Positions 21,801 to 34,309 of a stretch of 64,000 bases of DNA are shown piece by piece (position 1 is the first letter of the stretch; each line of letters opens with the position of its first letter). Origin of the DNA: Macrostomum lignano (Eukaryota); contig NIVC01000282.1 of assembly GCA_002269645.1 (NCBI GenBank), positions 1 to 64,000 on the forward strand, in the 5' to 3' direction. The notes under the pieces are model-generated. The model made no database searches, was not told the origin of the DNA, and worked only from the letters and a program-made list of their open reading frames with translations. Made by a program: the position numbers and the translations under genes.

Positions 21801-24800
21801 TGCTCCATCCACGCAGCGCGGACGCTGTCCACATCGGTACAGGTGAAGCACTGCTTGATGACCCCGTTCCAATCAGCAATGCTGGGCAGCCGCCGGCCCA
21901 TAGCGAAGATGCTGAGCGCCATACGCGGGAGGAGTACGCTACCGTAGCAGTCCTTTGGAGTTCGAGCAAAAGTTTTTTTGTTTAGGCAGCAAATGCAGCG
22001 GGTGAGCGATTTACCAGCGACATCAGTTATTAGGATTGGAGAAGGGTTCAGAAAACAAAATAGGAACAGAGTGGAAGAGAGTGGAAGAGAGTGGGAGAGA
22101 GTGGAAGAGAGCGGAAAAGAGTGGAAGAGAGTGGGACAGAGAATGGAACAGGGAAAATAATGGAGGGGCGAGTATATCAGAGCGGAGAAAGTCGAGAACG
22201 GGATATAAGTACATACCCTCATGCAAGTATTGATCAGTTAATCAAAAGATTACTGATCAGTGATTCAATTTCAATATCTAGCATTTCGGAGCCCTATAAT
22301 GAGATTTTTACCTGCACCGTGAACTTCCTCGGCGACAGGCAAAGCTGCTGCAGTTTGTGCTTGGACTCTGCGAGCCGCTGCCAGCCCGGGGAGTCACTCC
22401 AGCACGGGAAGGTGACGAAGAACCAGCAAGCGCCGCTGGCATCTCTGGGAATAATCGAGGGGTGAAGGACTGAGATATTGGAACTCATAGTGCTAATAAT
22501 AGTGCTTGACTGTGGAGTGTGTACCTGCAGGCTTCTAGGCAGGAGTACAAAGTTCATGTGATTGAATTACGTGCTCATCGGAGACAAACAGACATATCTT
22601 AATACTGATTTACTACTGTATGTCATCCGGATGTACTAAGCATGTCATCCCGGATGTACTAAAAAAGCATGTCATCCCAGATGTACTAAGCATGTCATCC
22701 CGGGATGTACTAAGCATGCCACCCCATGATGTACTAAGCATGCCACCCCGGGATGTACTAAGCATGCCACCCCATGATGTACTAAGCATGCCACCCCGGG
22801 ATGTACTAAGCATGCCACCCCATGATGTACTAAGCATGCCACCCCGGGATGTACTAAGCATGCCACCCCGGGATGTACTAATTGCATGTAATCCTGGATG
22901 TACTAAGCATGCCACCCCGGGATGTACTAAGCATGTCATCCTGGATGTACTAAGCATGCCACCCCGGGATGTACTAAGCATGTCATCCTGGATGTACTAA
23001 GCATGCCATCCGGATGTATTCAACATTGATACCGGATGCATTCAACATCCGTTCCGGATGTACACATAGAGTATACTCAAACACGTTCAAATACCTGTTC
23101 AAATAGTCCAACACCTTGTTGGCGACTTGCAACATTAGCTCCTCGATAAAAGGTGGATTAACTGTCCAGCCTCCTGGATAGTGGCTGAAGTCCACGGCGA
23201 AGAAGTCGCCAAGGCTGCCAAACGGAGCGTCCGTGTCCGGGAACAGGCTGCAAAATGCGACGCCCGGTTTTCCTAGCAGTTTCGAATTCAAAGGCGATGC
23301 GAATCCTTCATAGCGCACGCCCATGTGTTCGTACAGTGCGTGATGCACTGTGACCGGGTCGCCCCACTGCAGGCTGCCTGTGCCCAGAGTCTCGTACCGT
23401 AACAGCATCCGGGCCGTAGCTTTTAAGCCGAAATTTCTTACCAAAAAGCTGATTCTAGGACAGCATGGACTGGCGTAGCCATCAGACAAACTTAAAGAGT
23501 TTTGGTGACCTGCAGAGAGGTTGAGGTTTGAAAATCAATCAATAAATCAAATCAACTGCCGAACTAAAACAGTCTCAGAAAATATATTAAGTACACAGTG
23601 TGCTTTAACTCACAGCCAATAAGCAGCTGTCCTTCAACCTCCGATTCCTTGCACTCGCTGTCATCTCCGAGGTCACCATTCTGTTGGCGTCGCCGTTCCA
23701 AGAAGACCACACTGACGCCGCCTGCATTGCCTGGCTGCCGATCTGGTGATTGGATCAGCTGGTCGATTGTCTGCTCAAACTGAGACACCGCGTCTACCAG
23801 GACCCGAGCGATTCGCTGCGCGTTGCTTCGGGACGCGCTGAACTTCTTTTCCACGCACTCATCGATCTGTCGGGGAAAAAAGTTTTCTTGCTCAATGGAG
23901 ACAGCCAACTCGGAGAGTAGGCAATTAAGATTGGCCTCTGAGCTGACCTCTAAGCATACAAACATACGAGCGTATACGTATGCTACCAGGCTTGTTCCAC
24001 AGACAGCGATTGGAATATAGGATTCAATACCAAGTATAAATTTGATAAAAACTGCAACCAATCGGCCACGGCTCAGCCTGACGCAGCCGCAGCAATTTTC
24101 CATAGACAGCCACCGCTAGCGGCAACCAATTTGGTAAAAACTGCGAGCTATTTTGCCAGCTTGAAGATAGCAGCTCAATAGCATAACAATAACGATAAAG
24201 AATGTTAACAATACATGCACGAAGTCAGAACATTATGTCCTCAGCATTCAAGCACCGATTGAAGTACGTCTGGGAATGGTTGATCCAGCGCAGGCACTTG
24301 AGAGGCGTGAGAGGCAGTAGGTTGACCTTCGACGAATTGAACAATGGTGTCCACCATAGCCTCCGTCAGCGCCATCCTCTTCACTCCTCCTTTTGGCAGA
24401 GTGCCAACTCTACCAGTTCGTTCATACGTGGTCACGATGTTCCTCACTGTCGGTTTCTTCATCCCCATCATTCTGCCAAGCTCTCCCCAGTCGTCGCCAC
24501 TCCTGTACGCTCTCACGATTCGCTCTCGATCCAGCTGACTTATCTTTTGGTACGGCCCACGATTCGCCATCAGAGCAGCTGCTATCTTCAAGCTGGCAAA
24601 ATAGCTCGCAGTTTTTACCAAATTGGTTGCCGCTAGCGGTGGCTGTCTATGGAAAATTCTATGTCTATGGTCAGGCTGAGCCGTGGCCAATTGGTTGCAG
24701 TTTTTATCAAATAGAACGTAAAAAGGTATATTAAGTAGTATTGTATCATTTGGAGGGGTTTTTAGAGGCATACCAATCAAGCCTGATTGTTGCACGATTC

Positions 24801-26436
24801 AAATGTCTATGGCCGAAACAAACGCTAAGAGGCCAGATATTCAAAGCTATATTTAGCACTGCATAACGTATAACGCAAGCAATAAAAGCAACATTAGAAG
24901 CAACAGCAGTTAAGGCAGTATGCCTCAGTTACCTATTTCTTATGCCTCATGGCTTATTATTAATGTGTACGTGAAATTGGCAGTTGTAGAAAGTACCAGA
25001 AATCGCAGAAGCAAGCGTCTGCTGCGTCTCCAAACTGCGCCCGACGACGGCTATTGGCTGCTCAGTGCATGTGCAGAAGACCTATTGGCACACCAGTAGA
25101 AGCCTCGTAGATCATGGTTCGTTTCAATGGAGCGGCAGATGAGTGGAGTATAAAACGCAGCTAAACCATATTTACGCTCGTAGCTTCAGCTTCTGGCTTT
25201 AAAGACTTTCAAAACCCACTTTTGACCATAGATATTTCTTTTGACCATAGACGTTTCTGACAAGAAACGTATTATTTTTAATGTCGTTGCTCCAATCACT
25301 GTACCACGATATATATTTCTCGTGCATTAAATGGCTTCAGCCAATACGTGATCACGAGCATTTAAGCACGCTTTTACATATTTATATCGTGTTACAATTG
25401 ATATAACACGATTTAAATGTGTAAAAGCGTGTTTAAACGGCTTGTGATCGCGTATTGGCTAAAGTAATTTAATGCATGAGCAATATGGTATCGTGATTTT
25501 AATGCTGCTAAATACGCGTGCACTCGTTGCCTGGACATCCATCTTTTTTCCATATACTAAAAATGAAAATCTTGTATGTGCGCAATCGATTATCTCCCAA
25601 AAGGCTTGACCGATTTTCTTCGAACTTGCACCATTCGATCAGAAATTTTTCCGTGACGGTACATGCATCGTGGCTAAGAAATATGAGCACTAAAAACCGA
25701 CTTTTGAACCCCTCAACGTTGAAATTGAATAGCGATTTGTCAGTTTTGATAGCTCCTATTTCAAAATTGAACGGAAAAATGTGTAGAACGCTCGTTTTCA
25801 TCGATTTGCTAAAGGCCGGCTAAATTACTAAATGAACCAGCGATACGACAACTACATTCTTTACCAGCCCCAGCTCATTTCTAGGAAAATCCAGTGTGCA
25901 CGTAGCGTCCTTTGTACCTTGGGTTCATGGGTCTTGTTTGTATGGAGCACAATATGCAACTTTAGGAGTCAAGGGTCATTGGGGACTGGCTGAAATGCCG
26001 TGGCTTAAGGGGGTTGCTCAGATTTTTTGCTAATTGCTAGGAAACATACAACAAAACAAAAATGGCAGTAAAAATACGCATGACTAATACAGACCAACTT
26101 TTGGCTAGCGAACGTTTCAGTGCCCAATAGACCTGGAAAAATTGGTAGTGGCAGCGAACGAGCTCCACAACCTTCTTCGCTGCGACTCTCCAGTTGAAAG
26201 GACAGGAGCCAGCGATCAAAGATGTTCCTGGCCTCGGCCTGGTCTTTCTCTCGAGTCCGATGCATTGGTCCGTCGCCCACTTGAACAAACACCCGACAAA
26301 GTCGCCGAGTCAGGTGCCAGAGGTTCAACTCGCGGAGCAGCAGCTCGGATGCGGCGATTCGCTCTACCTCGACCAGTTGAAGTTGATCGGCACTGGCAGC
26401 TTTGCTGTTTTGTAACTCAACCGCAGCTTGAGACAT
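21773..26436 (-). CDS. PCIF1: PCIF1/CAPAM-like mRNA cap-adjacent adenosine N6-methyltransferase lacking a WW domain, 5 exons (26436-26095, 23866-23614, 23509-23095, 22444-22312, 21952-21773)
   Basis: Exon 1 has EVERIAASELLLRELNL..NIFDRWLL..PLP (cf. EVELLRSQL..SFNRWML..DPLLP). Exon 3 has MLLRYETLGTGSLQWG..EGFASPLNS..FCSLFPDTDAPFGSLGDFF..WTVNPPFIEELM (NPPF motif IV). Exon 4 has WFFVTFPCW. Phases 0,1,2,0 are all consistent with GT-AG junctions. Orthology versus paralogy is unresolved. Confidence 0.85.
22617..23060. repeat. 24-bp minisatellite (catgccaccccgggatgtactaag) in PCIF1-like intron 3
   Basis: Period 24 (22684 to 22708). Confidence 0.92.
24040..24712 (-). mobile_element. Internally deleted IS630-Tc1-mariner-type transposon enclosed by long bipartite inverted repeats, in PCIF1-like intron 1
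   Basis: From ATG 24570: MANRGPYQKISQLDRERIVRAYRSG..LGRMMGMKKPTVRNIVTTYERTGRV..KGG (paired-like HTH), joined in a shifted frame to LKCLRWINHSQTYFNRCLNAEDI (transposase C-terminus); no DDE core. IR arms are 24094-24175/24577-24658 (perfect) and 24040-24082/24670-24712. Confidence 0.75.
25305..25495. repeat. 191-bp imperfect foldback palindrome (MITE-like)
   Basis: cacgat..tgcattaaat..agccaatacg..cacgcttttaca..atcgtgtta mirrors taacacgat..tgtaaaagcgtg..cgtattggct..atttaatgca..atcgtg about a centre near 25400. Confidence 0.8.
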
Positions 26437-27114
26437 TTTCAATGAGTCAACTTTTCCTGCGCATTCAATTCTTGTCCAGCACAGATTGCTAATCAATATT
26501 ATTTATAGCTCTCCGAGGGGGGCTCGTCTAGCCAAAAAGCGTAGTACATATGCGCGAGCTATAATCACTAAAATAATTCCAGTCTAGGCGCAAAGCTCAT
26601 GTGGCTAACCAGTAAATGGGCGGAATGACTGTTTGTATTCTCAGTGCTCATTTTTTTAGCTGAAAGCACTCTGGCTGTACGCGGGGTTGGCAAGAATATA
26701 CTTGCCTTAGGAGAGGAAGGGAGAGAGAAGGGACAGACGAGACTGCGAGCTCATGGAGCACCGCTTCCTTCCGAAAGAGAGGAGAGCTTACTGTGTTACA
26801 CAAGTACATGTAGTCAAGGCTCGTAGCGCACACTCTCATCTGCAGTTTGTGTCGACATTTCTTTGAAAAAAAGCAGCAAAAGTAACCTACTATAATAACA
26901 TCTGCTTGCGTTTGTCTTGTTTAATGGCTCGTTCAGACCGTTTTTAAATTCGGCCAACGTTTTGCCACTGCGCGGTTTGTCATTTGTTCAGTTCATCGAG
27001 TCGCCTGGTTTTATGGCTCATTCGATGGGGCATTAACGAGCCTTTGTTTAATGAACAGCAGTCTTAACACAATTACAAATGAACACTACTAGGCACCCTC
27101 TTATATTGTATCAT

Positions 27115-27280
27115 CTGGGATCGGGGATCTGGGATCGGGGATCTGGGATCGGGGATCTGGGATCGGGGATCTGGGATCAGGGATCTGGGATCGGGGATCT
27201 GGGATCGGGGATCTGGGATCGGGGATCTGGGATCGGGGATCTGGGATCAGGGATCTGGGATCGGGGATCTGGGATCGGGG
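27115..27280. repeat. 14-bp minisatellite (ggatctgggatcgg), inverted counterpart of 20765-20945
   Basis: Tandem array followed by about 90 bp homologous to the reverse complement of 20645-20735. Confidence 0.9.
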
Positions 27281-27374
27281 AAAAAATCTCTTTGACTTGT
27301 ACCGCAGAAGTTAATGGCGTTGGCTGTTTAGGTTTCAACCGCGGATTTTCCCGCAAATTCAGGCCAATCTCGCA

Positions 27375-28172
27375 GACACAGGTGACAGGTATGGTGACGC
27401 AGGTGACAGTTAGGGTGACACAGGTGACAGGTGACAGTTAGAGTGACACAGGTGACACAAGTGACACGTAGAGTGACATAAGTGACAGGCAGGGTGACAC
27501 AGGTGACAGGTAGGGTGACACAGGTGACAGGTTGGGTGACACAAGTGACAGGTAGGGTGACACAGGTGACAGGTAGGGTGACACAGGTGACAGGTAGGGT
27601 GACACAGGTGACAGGCAGGGTGACACAAGTGACAGGTAGGGTGACACAGGTGACAGGCAGGGTGACACAGGTGACAGACAGGGTGACACAGGTGACAGAC
27701 AGGGTGACACAGGTGACAGGTATGGTGACACAGGTGACAGGCAGGGTGACGCAGGTGACAGACAGGGTGACACAGGTGACAGTTAGGGTGACACAGGTGA
27801 CAGGTATGGTGACACAGGTGACAGGCGGGGTGACGCAGGTGACAGGCAGGGTGACACAGGTGACAGACAGGGTGACACAGGTGACAGGTATGGTGACACA
27901 GGTGACAGGCAGGGTGACACAGGTGACAGGCAGGGTGACGCAGGGGACAGGTATGGTGACACAGGTGACAGGCAGGGTGACACAAGTGACAGGTAGGGTG
28001 ACACAGGTGACAGGCAGGGTGACACAAGTGACAGGCGGGGTGACACAGGTGACAGGTATGGTGACACAGGTGACAGGTATGGTGACACAGGTGACAGGCA
28101 GAGTGACACAGGTGACAGGCAGGGTGACACAGGTGACAGGCAGGGTGACACAGGTGACAGGCAGGGTGACAG
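27375..28172. repeat. 21-bp minisatellite (ggtgacaggcagggtgacaca), inverted counterpart of 17765-18890
   Basis: Same unit, opposite strand. Confidence 0.95.
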
Positions 28173-28224
28173 ATGCTGCGCAGCTAGGGCTCCCAGCAAC
28201 GCTTATCCGACATCCCCTATTTAG

Positions 28225-29610
28225 ACCATATCACGAGCACCACGGCCTGCCTGATGCCAGTGAAGGAGCTCACAGCCCTGTGCCGCAGTCGGGGCATCAA
28301 GGTGATCATCGACGGGGCCCACGCCATCGGCCAGGTGCCAAACCTGGACATCGAGGACATCGGCGCCGACTTCTACCTCGGCAACCTCAAAAAGTGGCAC
28401 TTCCTGCCGAAATCAGTCGCTCTGATGTGGATTGGCGAGGCTCACGTGAGCACCATGAAACCCGACATTGTCTCCTGGCTGCTCCATGACGAGGTGCTGC
28501 CGCACAGGTACTCCTACCTGGGCACCAGGGACACCAGCAGCTTCTACGTCATCCCGGAAGCTTTGAAGTTTATCGACGAGATTTGCGGCGGTCTGGTGAG
28601 TGTCTGCTGGCCAATTGGGGCTGCTCAACAACTGTCTGAATGAGTGAAGCATACCTCTGTTACCTTCACCGATGCACATCAGGACAGAGTTTACGAATAC
28701 TGCCGCAGCCTTGCTGATGAGGCCAGCAGCTATCTGGCCGGATTCTGGGGCACCGACCTTCTGCCCCTGCCGGCTGACATGCAGGCGCCGTTCATGCGCC
28801 TCATTCGCCTGCCCCAGCATCTTCAGAGGCCCGCCATCAAGAAGTTTGTGAGTTTGTGAGTTCTTCTTTGAAGAGGTCGAGTTTGTGACCTCCTCTCTCC
28901 TCTCCTCTCCTCTCCTCTCCTCTCCTCTCCTCTCCTCTCCTCTCCTCTCCTCTCCTCTCCTCTCCTCTCCTCTCCTCTCCTCTCCTCTCCTCTCCTCTCC
29001 TCTCCTCTCCTCTCCTCTCCTCTCCTCTCCTCTCCTCTCCTCTCCTCTCTCTCCTCTCCTCTCCTCTCTTTCCCTCTCCTCTCCTCTCTTTCCCTCTCCT
29101 CTCCTCTCCTTTCCTCTCCTCTCCTCTCCTCTCCTCTCCTCTCCTCTCCTCTCCTCTGCTCTCCTCTCCTCTCCTCTCCTCTCCTCTCCTCTCCTCTCCT
29201 CTCCTCTCCTCTCCTCTCCTCTCCTCTCCTCTCCTCTCGTCTCCTCTCCTCTCCTCTCCTCTCCTCTCCTCTTCTCTCCTCTCATCTCCTCTCCTCTCCT
29301 CTCCTCTCCTCTCCTCTCCTCTCCTCTCCTCTCCTCTCCTCTCCTTTCCTCCCTTTCCCTCTCCTCTCCTCTCCTCTTTCTCCTCTAGTCTCCCATCCGC
29401 AACCTGAAATCGCAGGCCGAGGAGACGAGATTCGAGAGCAACATGTGGAAATTCCTGGCCTACAAGCTCAAAATGGACCTGCTGATTCTCAACATCGAGG
29501 ACTCGCTGTTCATCCGCATCGCCGCCTCCATTGTCGTTGACATGAACGACATTCGACTGGTGGGCGACACAATGATGAGGCTGAAGGAGACCGACTTTGT
29601 TTTGGACTGA
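28225..29610 (+). pseudogene. 5'-truncated inverted duplicate of the PLP lyase gene (exons 4-6 only: 28225-28595, 28683-28847, 29416-29610)
   Basis: Exon lengths equal those of copy A (371/165/195 nt), with about 7 substitutions by eye. Far-upstream sequence (27280-27370) is joined directly to the intron-3 array, so exons 1-3 are absent. Confidence 0.8.
28885..29390. repeat. (CTCTC)n pentamer microsatellite in the duplicate's intron 5
   Basis: About 500 bp here versus about 220 bp in copy A. Confidence 0.95.
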
Positions 29611-30944
29611 TTTTCCCTAGTGAAGAAACTCTTCTAGAGAACTCTAAAGAACTTTAAAGAAGGTACTAAAGGTACGAATAACATCATGCAGCAGTGAGAG
29701 ATTTTAATCAGAATTTTAACACACCTAATCATTTAAAGAATGTTTTGTACAGGAAAATTCACCATAAGCATTCATTTTTACTAAAAGTAGCGTAGTTTGA
29801 CTTTTACTTTCGGGTAGCTTTCGACCCTTCCCCCCCCGCAGTGAGACTCGCTACATTTCGGAATTCAATTTAGGCAATTAATAACTAAACAAGTGGAGCA
29901 ACATTTTCGGACGGATTCAGCTTACACAGAGGCATTGGATTTCAACGGCAAAGTCAACGACACAGGATACTCGTGCTAATTGCTATGACACGAGTGTAAT
30001 TTGCCTGGCACCAGCTTCTTATGCGCGACTCCTGCTCCAATGCACTGGGGGGGGGGCAAAGCACCATCTTTGTCAACAATCTATTAATTCTGTTTATAAA
30101 TCCAAATAAGTTCTTTAAGACCGCGTCGTCAACGAAAAAGTCCTCGGATTGCACTCGGTTAAACTTGAATTTATTTGTTCTAATTATTGCTATGGAAATT
30201 GCGCAGTTGACTGAGATTTGGCATGTAAACCGGTGGAGGCTCAGGGCCTTTAATCTGGCTTTTATTTCTTTTCGCCTTACGTTTCTTATTGCCTACCGGT
30301 AGACACCCCCCAGCTGGTAGGGCGCCGGGCCATGGAGTACTGGGATACTAGAATCTGGTTAGGAAGCATCAATATGGCAAGGAATTTGAAGGCCATCGAG
30401 TTTTAAAGCTTAATCTATAAGACTATCTCCAACTCCAATCCAGTCGGTATGTTTAGCACGCCATGACCGGAGGAGCCGAAGGGAGTGTGGGCTCGGTGGC
30501 CACTGGGTTCGGCTGTCCCAGAAACTGGGCCGCCGCCCGCTGCACGCAGCGCCCCGCCAGAGAGGGAGTTGGAAACGCAGGAGATTAAAGACTGCTACAC
30601 AACAAAGTAATTTTTTCGCACAGCGCACTTGCAATCGCGATAGTTCAACTTTCCAGCCAAGCCACTCCGCCCCGTTTTTCTTCTCTCTAACTTTTCTTGG
30701 ACTAGTGAAAAACAGCACGCTGAAAAATCATCTTGAAATTTCAGCGGCACATGAGTAAGCGCTACTTAAGCATTGGCCCGCGATGCCAGGGGTTACCGGG
30801 TGCTTAGCGGCTTTGTTGGAATTTGAAATTCGAAACAAATATTAAGGTTCTTTCCACTTTCGAATTTTGCACGATTCAGCCTCATCCTGGTATAGGAAAT
30901 GCCTGGCAACCACCAATCCTAGCACATGTTTGAATCTTGGTGTC

Positions 30945-32790
30945 TGCCTTAGTGTCCTAATGTCTGTGACAGGCTGTCTTAATGTCCTAATGTCTGTCAC
31001 AGGCTGTCTTAGTGTCCTAATGTCTGTGACAGGCTGTCTTAATGTCCTAATGTCTGTGACAGGCTGTCTTAGTGTCCTAATGTCTGTGACAGGCTGTCTT
31101 AGTGTCCTAATGTCTGTGACAGGCTGTCTTAGTGTCTTAATGTCTGTGACAGGCTGTCTTAATGTCCTAATGTCTGTCACAGGCTGTCTTAGTGTCCTAA
31201 TGTCTGTCACAGGCTGTCTTAATGTCCTAACGTCTATGACAGGCTGTCTTAATGTCCTAATGTCTGTGACAGGCTGTCTTTGTGTCCTAATGTCTGTGAC
31301 AGGCTGTCTTAGTGTCCTAATGTCTGTCACAGGCTGTCTTAATGTCCTAACGTCTATGACAGGCTGTCTTAATGTCCTAATGTCTGTGACAGGCTGTCTT
31401 TGTGTCCTAATGTCTGTGACAGGCTGTCTTAGTGTCCTAATGTCTGTCACAGGCTGTCTTAATGTCCTAACGTCTATGACAGGCTGTCTTAATGTCCTAA
31501 TGTCTGTGACAGGCTGTCTTTGTGTCCTAATGTCTGTGACAGGCTGTCTTAGTGTCCTAATGTCTGTGACAGGCTGTCTTAGTGTCCTAATGTCTGTGAC
31601 AGGCTGTCTTAATGTCCTAATGTCTGTGACAGGCTGTCTTAATGTCCTAATGTCTGTGACAGGCTGTCTTAGTGTCCTAATGTCTGTCACAGGCTGTCTT
31701 AATGTCCTAACGTCTATGACAGGCTGTCTTAATGTCCTAATGTCTGTGACAGGCTGTCTTTGTGTCCTAATGTCTGTGACAGGCTGTCTTAGTGTCCTAA
31801 TGTCTGTGACAGGCTGTCTTAGTGTCCTAATGTCTGTGACAGGCTGTCTTAATGTCCTAATGTCTGTGACAGGCTGTCTTAGTGTCCTAATGTCTGTGAC
31901 AGGCTGTCTTAGTGTCCTAATGTCTGTGACAGGCTGTCTTAGTGTCCTAATGTCTGTGACAGGCTGTCTTAATGTCCTAATGTCTGTCACAGGCTGTCTT
32001 AGTGTCCTAATGTCTGTCACAGGCTGTCTTAATGTCCTAACGTCTATGACAGGCTGTCTTAATGTCCTAATGTCTGTGACAGGCTGTCTTTGTGTCCTAA
32101 TGTCTGTGACAGGCTGTCTTAGTGTCCTAATGTCTGTCACAGGCTGTCTTAATGTCCTAACGTCTATGACAGGCTGTCTTAATGTCCTAATGTCTGTGAC
32201 AGGCTGTCTTTGTGTCCTAATGTCTGTGACAGGCTGTCTTAGTGTCCTAATGTCTGTGACAGGCTGTCTTAGTGTCCTAATGTCTGTGACAGGCTGTCTT
32301 AATGTCCTAATGTCTGTGACAGGCTGTCTTAATGTCCTAATGTCTGTGACAGGCTGTCTTAGTGTCCTAATGTCTGTCACAGGCTGTCTTAATGTCCTAA
32401 CGTCTATGACAGGCTGTCTTAATGTCCTAATGTCTGTGACAGGCTGTCTTAGTGTCCTAATGTCTGTCACAGGCTGTCTTAATGTCCTAACGTCTATGAC
32501 AGGCTGTCTTAATGTCCTAATGTCTGTGACAGGCTGTCTTAATGTCCTAATGTCTGTGACAGGCTGTCTTAGTGTCCTAATGTCTGTGACAGGCTGTCTT
32601 AGTGTACTAATGTCTGTGACAGGCTGTCTTAGTGTCCTAATGTCTGTGACAGGCTGTCTTAGTGTCCTAATGTCTGTGACAGGCTGTCTTAGTGTCCTAA
32701 TGTCTGTGACAGGCTGTCTTAGTGTCCTAATGTCTGTGACAGGCTGTCTTAATGTCCTAATGTCTGTCATTCTGTTTCTCTTTGTGTCCT
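30945..32790. repeat. 30-bp minisatellite (aatgtctgtgacaggctgtcttagtgtcct), about 61 copies, with 120-bp higher-order period
   Basis: Exact 30-bp register; the variant cgtctatgac recurs at 31231, 31351 and 31471. Confidence 0.95.
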
Positions 32791-32899
32791 AATGTGTGTC
32801 TTAGTGTTTGTGCTAGTGTTGTCTGTTTGTTTTTTGTCTGTCTGTTTTTTAGTGTCTTAGTGTCTTAGTGTCTTAGTGTCTTAGTGTCTTAGTGTCTTA

Positions 32900-33375
<476 letters not shown>

Positions 33376-34309
33376 GGCAAAAGTTATGCAACTCACAATA
33401 GCATATACTAGGGACCCCCTTAGGAATTGCATTACTAGGGTACATTCATAAAATGAATGTTCTATTTTATGTTACAAGCAAGTCGCACCCGAGCAACCTC
33501 CAAGTTTTCATCATTTTAACTTCATTTTATTATCCAGCACAGTTTGCCCACTTGTCACTGTCAGAGTGTGGCATCTGCGTGAGATACCAGAGCCAGTCCA
33601 AGTGACGCCCAGTCTGTGTGTGGGCCCGAGGCCCGTGTCACAATTAGCAGCAGCTCTTCTCATAATTCAGCTAAATATTTTCGCCATCAATTCAACTCGA
33701 GGGCCCAAGCAGGCGGTAACTGGCCACTTGAAGCAAATAGTTGAGATTGAGAATCTTCTCAACAACTTAGCTTATTCTATTCAATAATTTTACTGCAACT
33801 GCATGGGGAAGGCAGCAAAAAAGCATAGTGGGTATGTGGCCCCTGCCGGTGTAACTGGGGTGGGGAGTTCAAACGGGTTCATTGTGCTTTTATTGTTTGC
33901 TTTTGTATCACTCACTGTCTCTCTCGCCTGTCTCTATTTCTCAGATCTGTGCTGACTCTCACACAGCTTGGGAGGTCCCGGGCCGCAGCCGCTGCAGGGC
34001 AGTGCGCCGGTCATTTTCGGTATGCGGCTTGCAATACCGAGTGCAGTTGCGGTCTTCCATCTGCGTACGTCTGGCGCCGCCAATGTACAGTGAACTGATT
34101 TCACCAGCTTTCGCGCTCCAATTGCAACTGAAATATTTAGGCGCCATTTTGGCGTCAAATACACGCAACTTAGCGCCGATTCGAACTGGTCTTGGAAATG
34201 AATTGGCGTCATTTTGGCGCTTTTGTACTGGCGCCAAATCTAGCTGGAGTGGTTGAGTATATTTTTCCCAGCTTCCTAATGTCTTTCTTGGTGTCTGTTT
34301 TAGTGTCCA

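Noticed and set aside
23867-24103. N-terminal part (MENCCG...) of ORF 23564-24103
   Set aside because: Lies upstream of the strong acceptor at 23867 and partly within the transposon inverted repeat; intronic.
25500-25830. Helitron/HINE-like remnant (aaaaggcttgaccgattttcttcgaacttg)
   Set aside because: Resembles recalled non-autonomous Helitron cores, but no termini or hairpin could be defined.
30842-32792. About 640-aa ORFs on both strands (TDIRTLRQPV / LSVLMSVTGC)
   Set aside because: Translation of a 30-bp minisatellite whose unit is a multiple of 3; no unique coding context or codon signal.
33882-34256. GC-rich ORFs on both strands between satellites
   Set aside because: No recognisable motifs; kept only as part of the low-confidence hidden-transcript finding.
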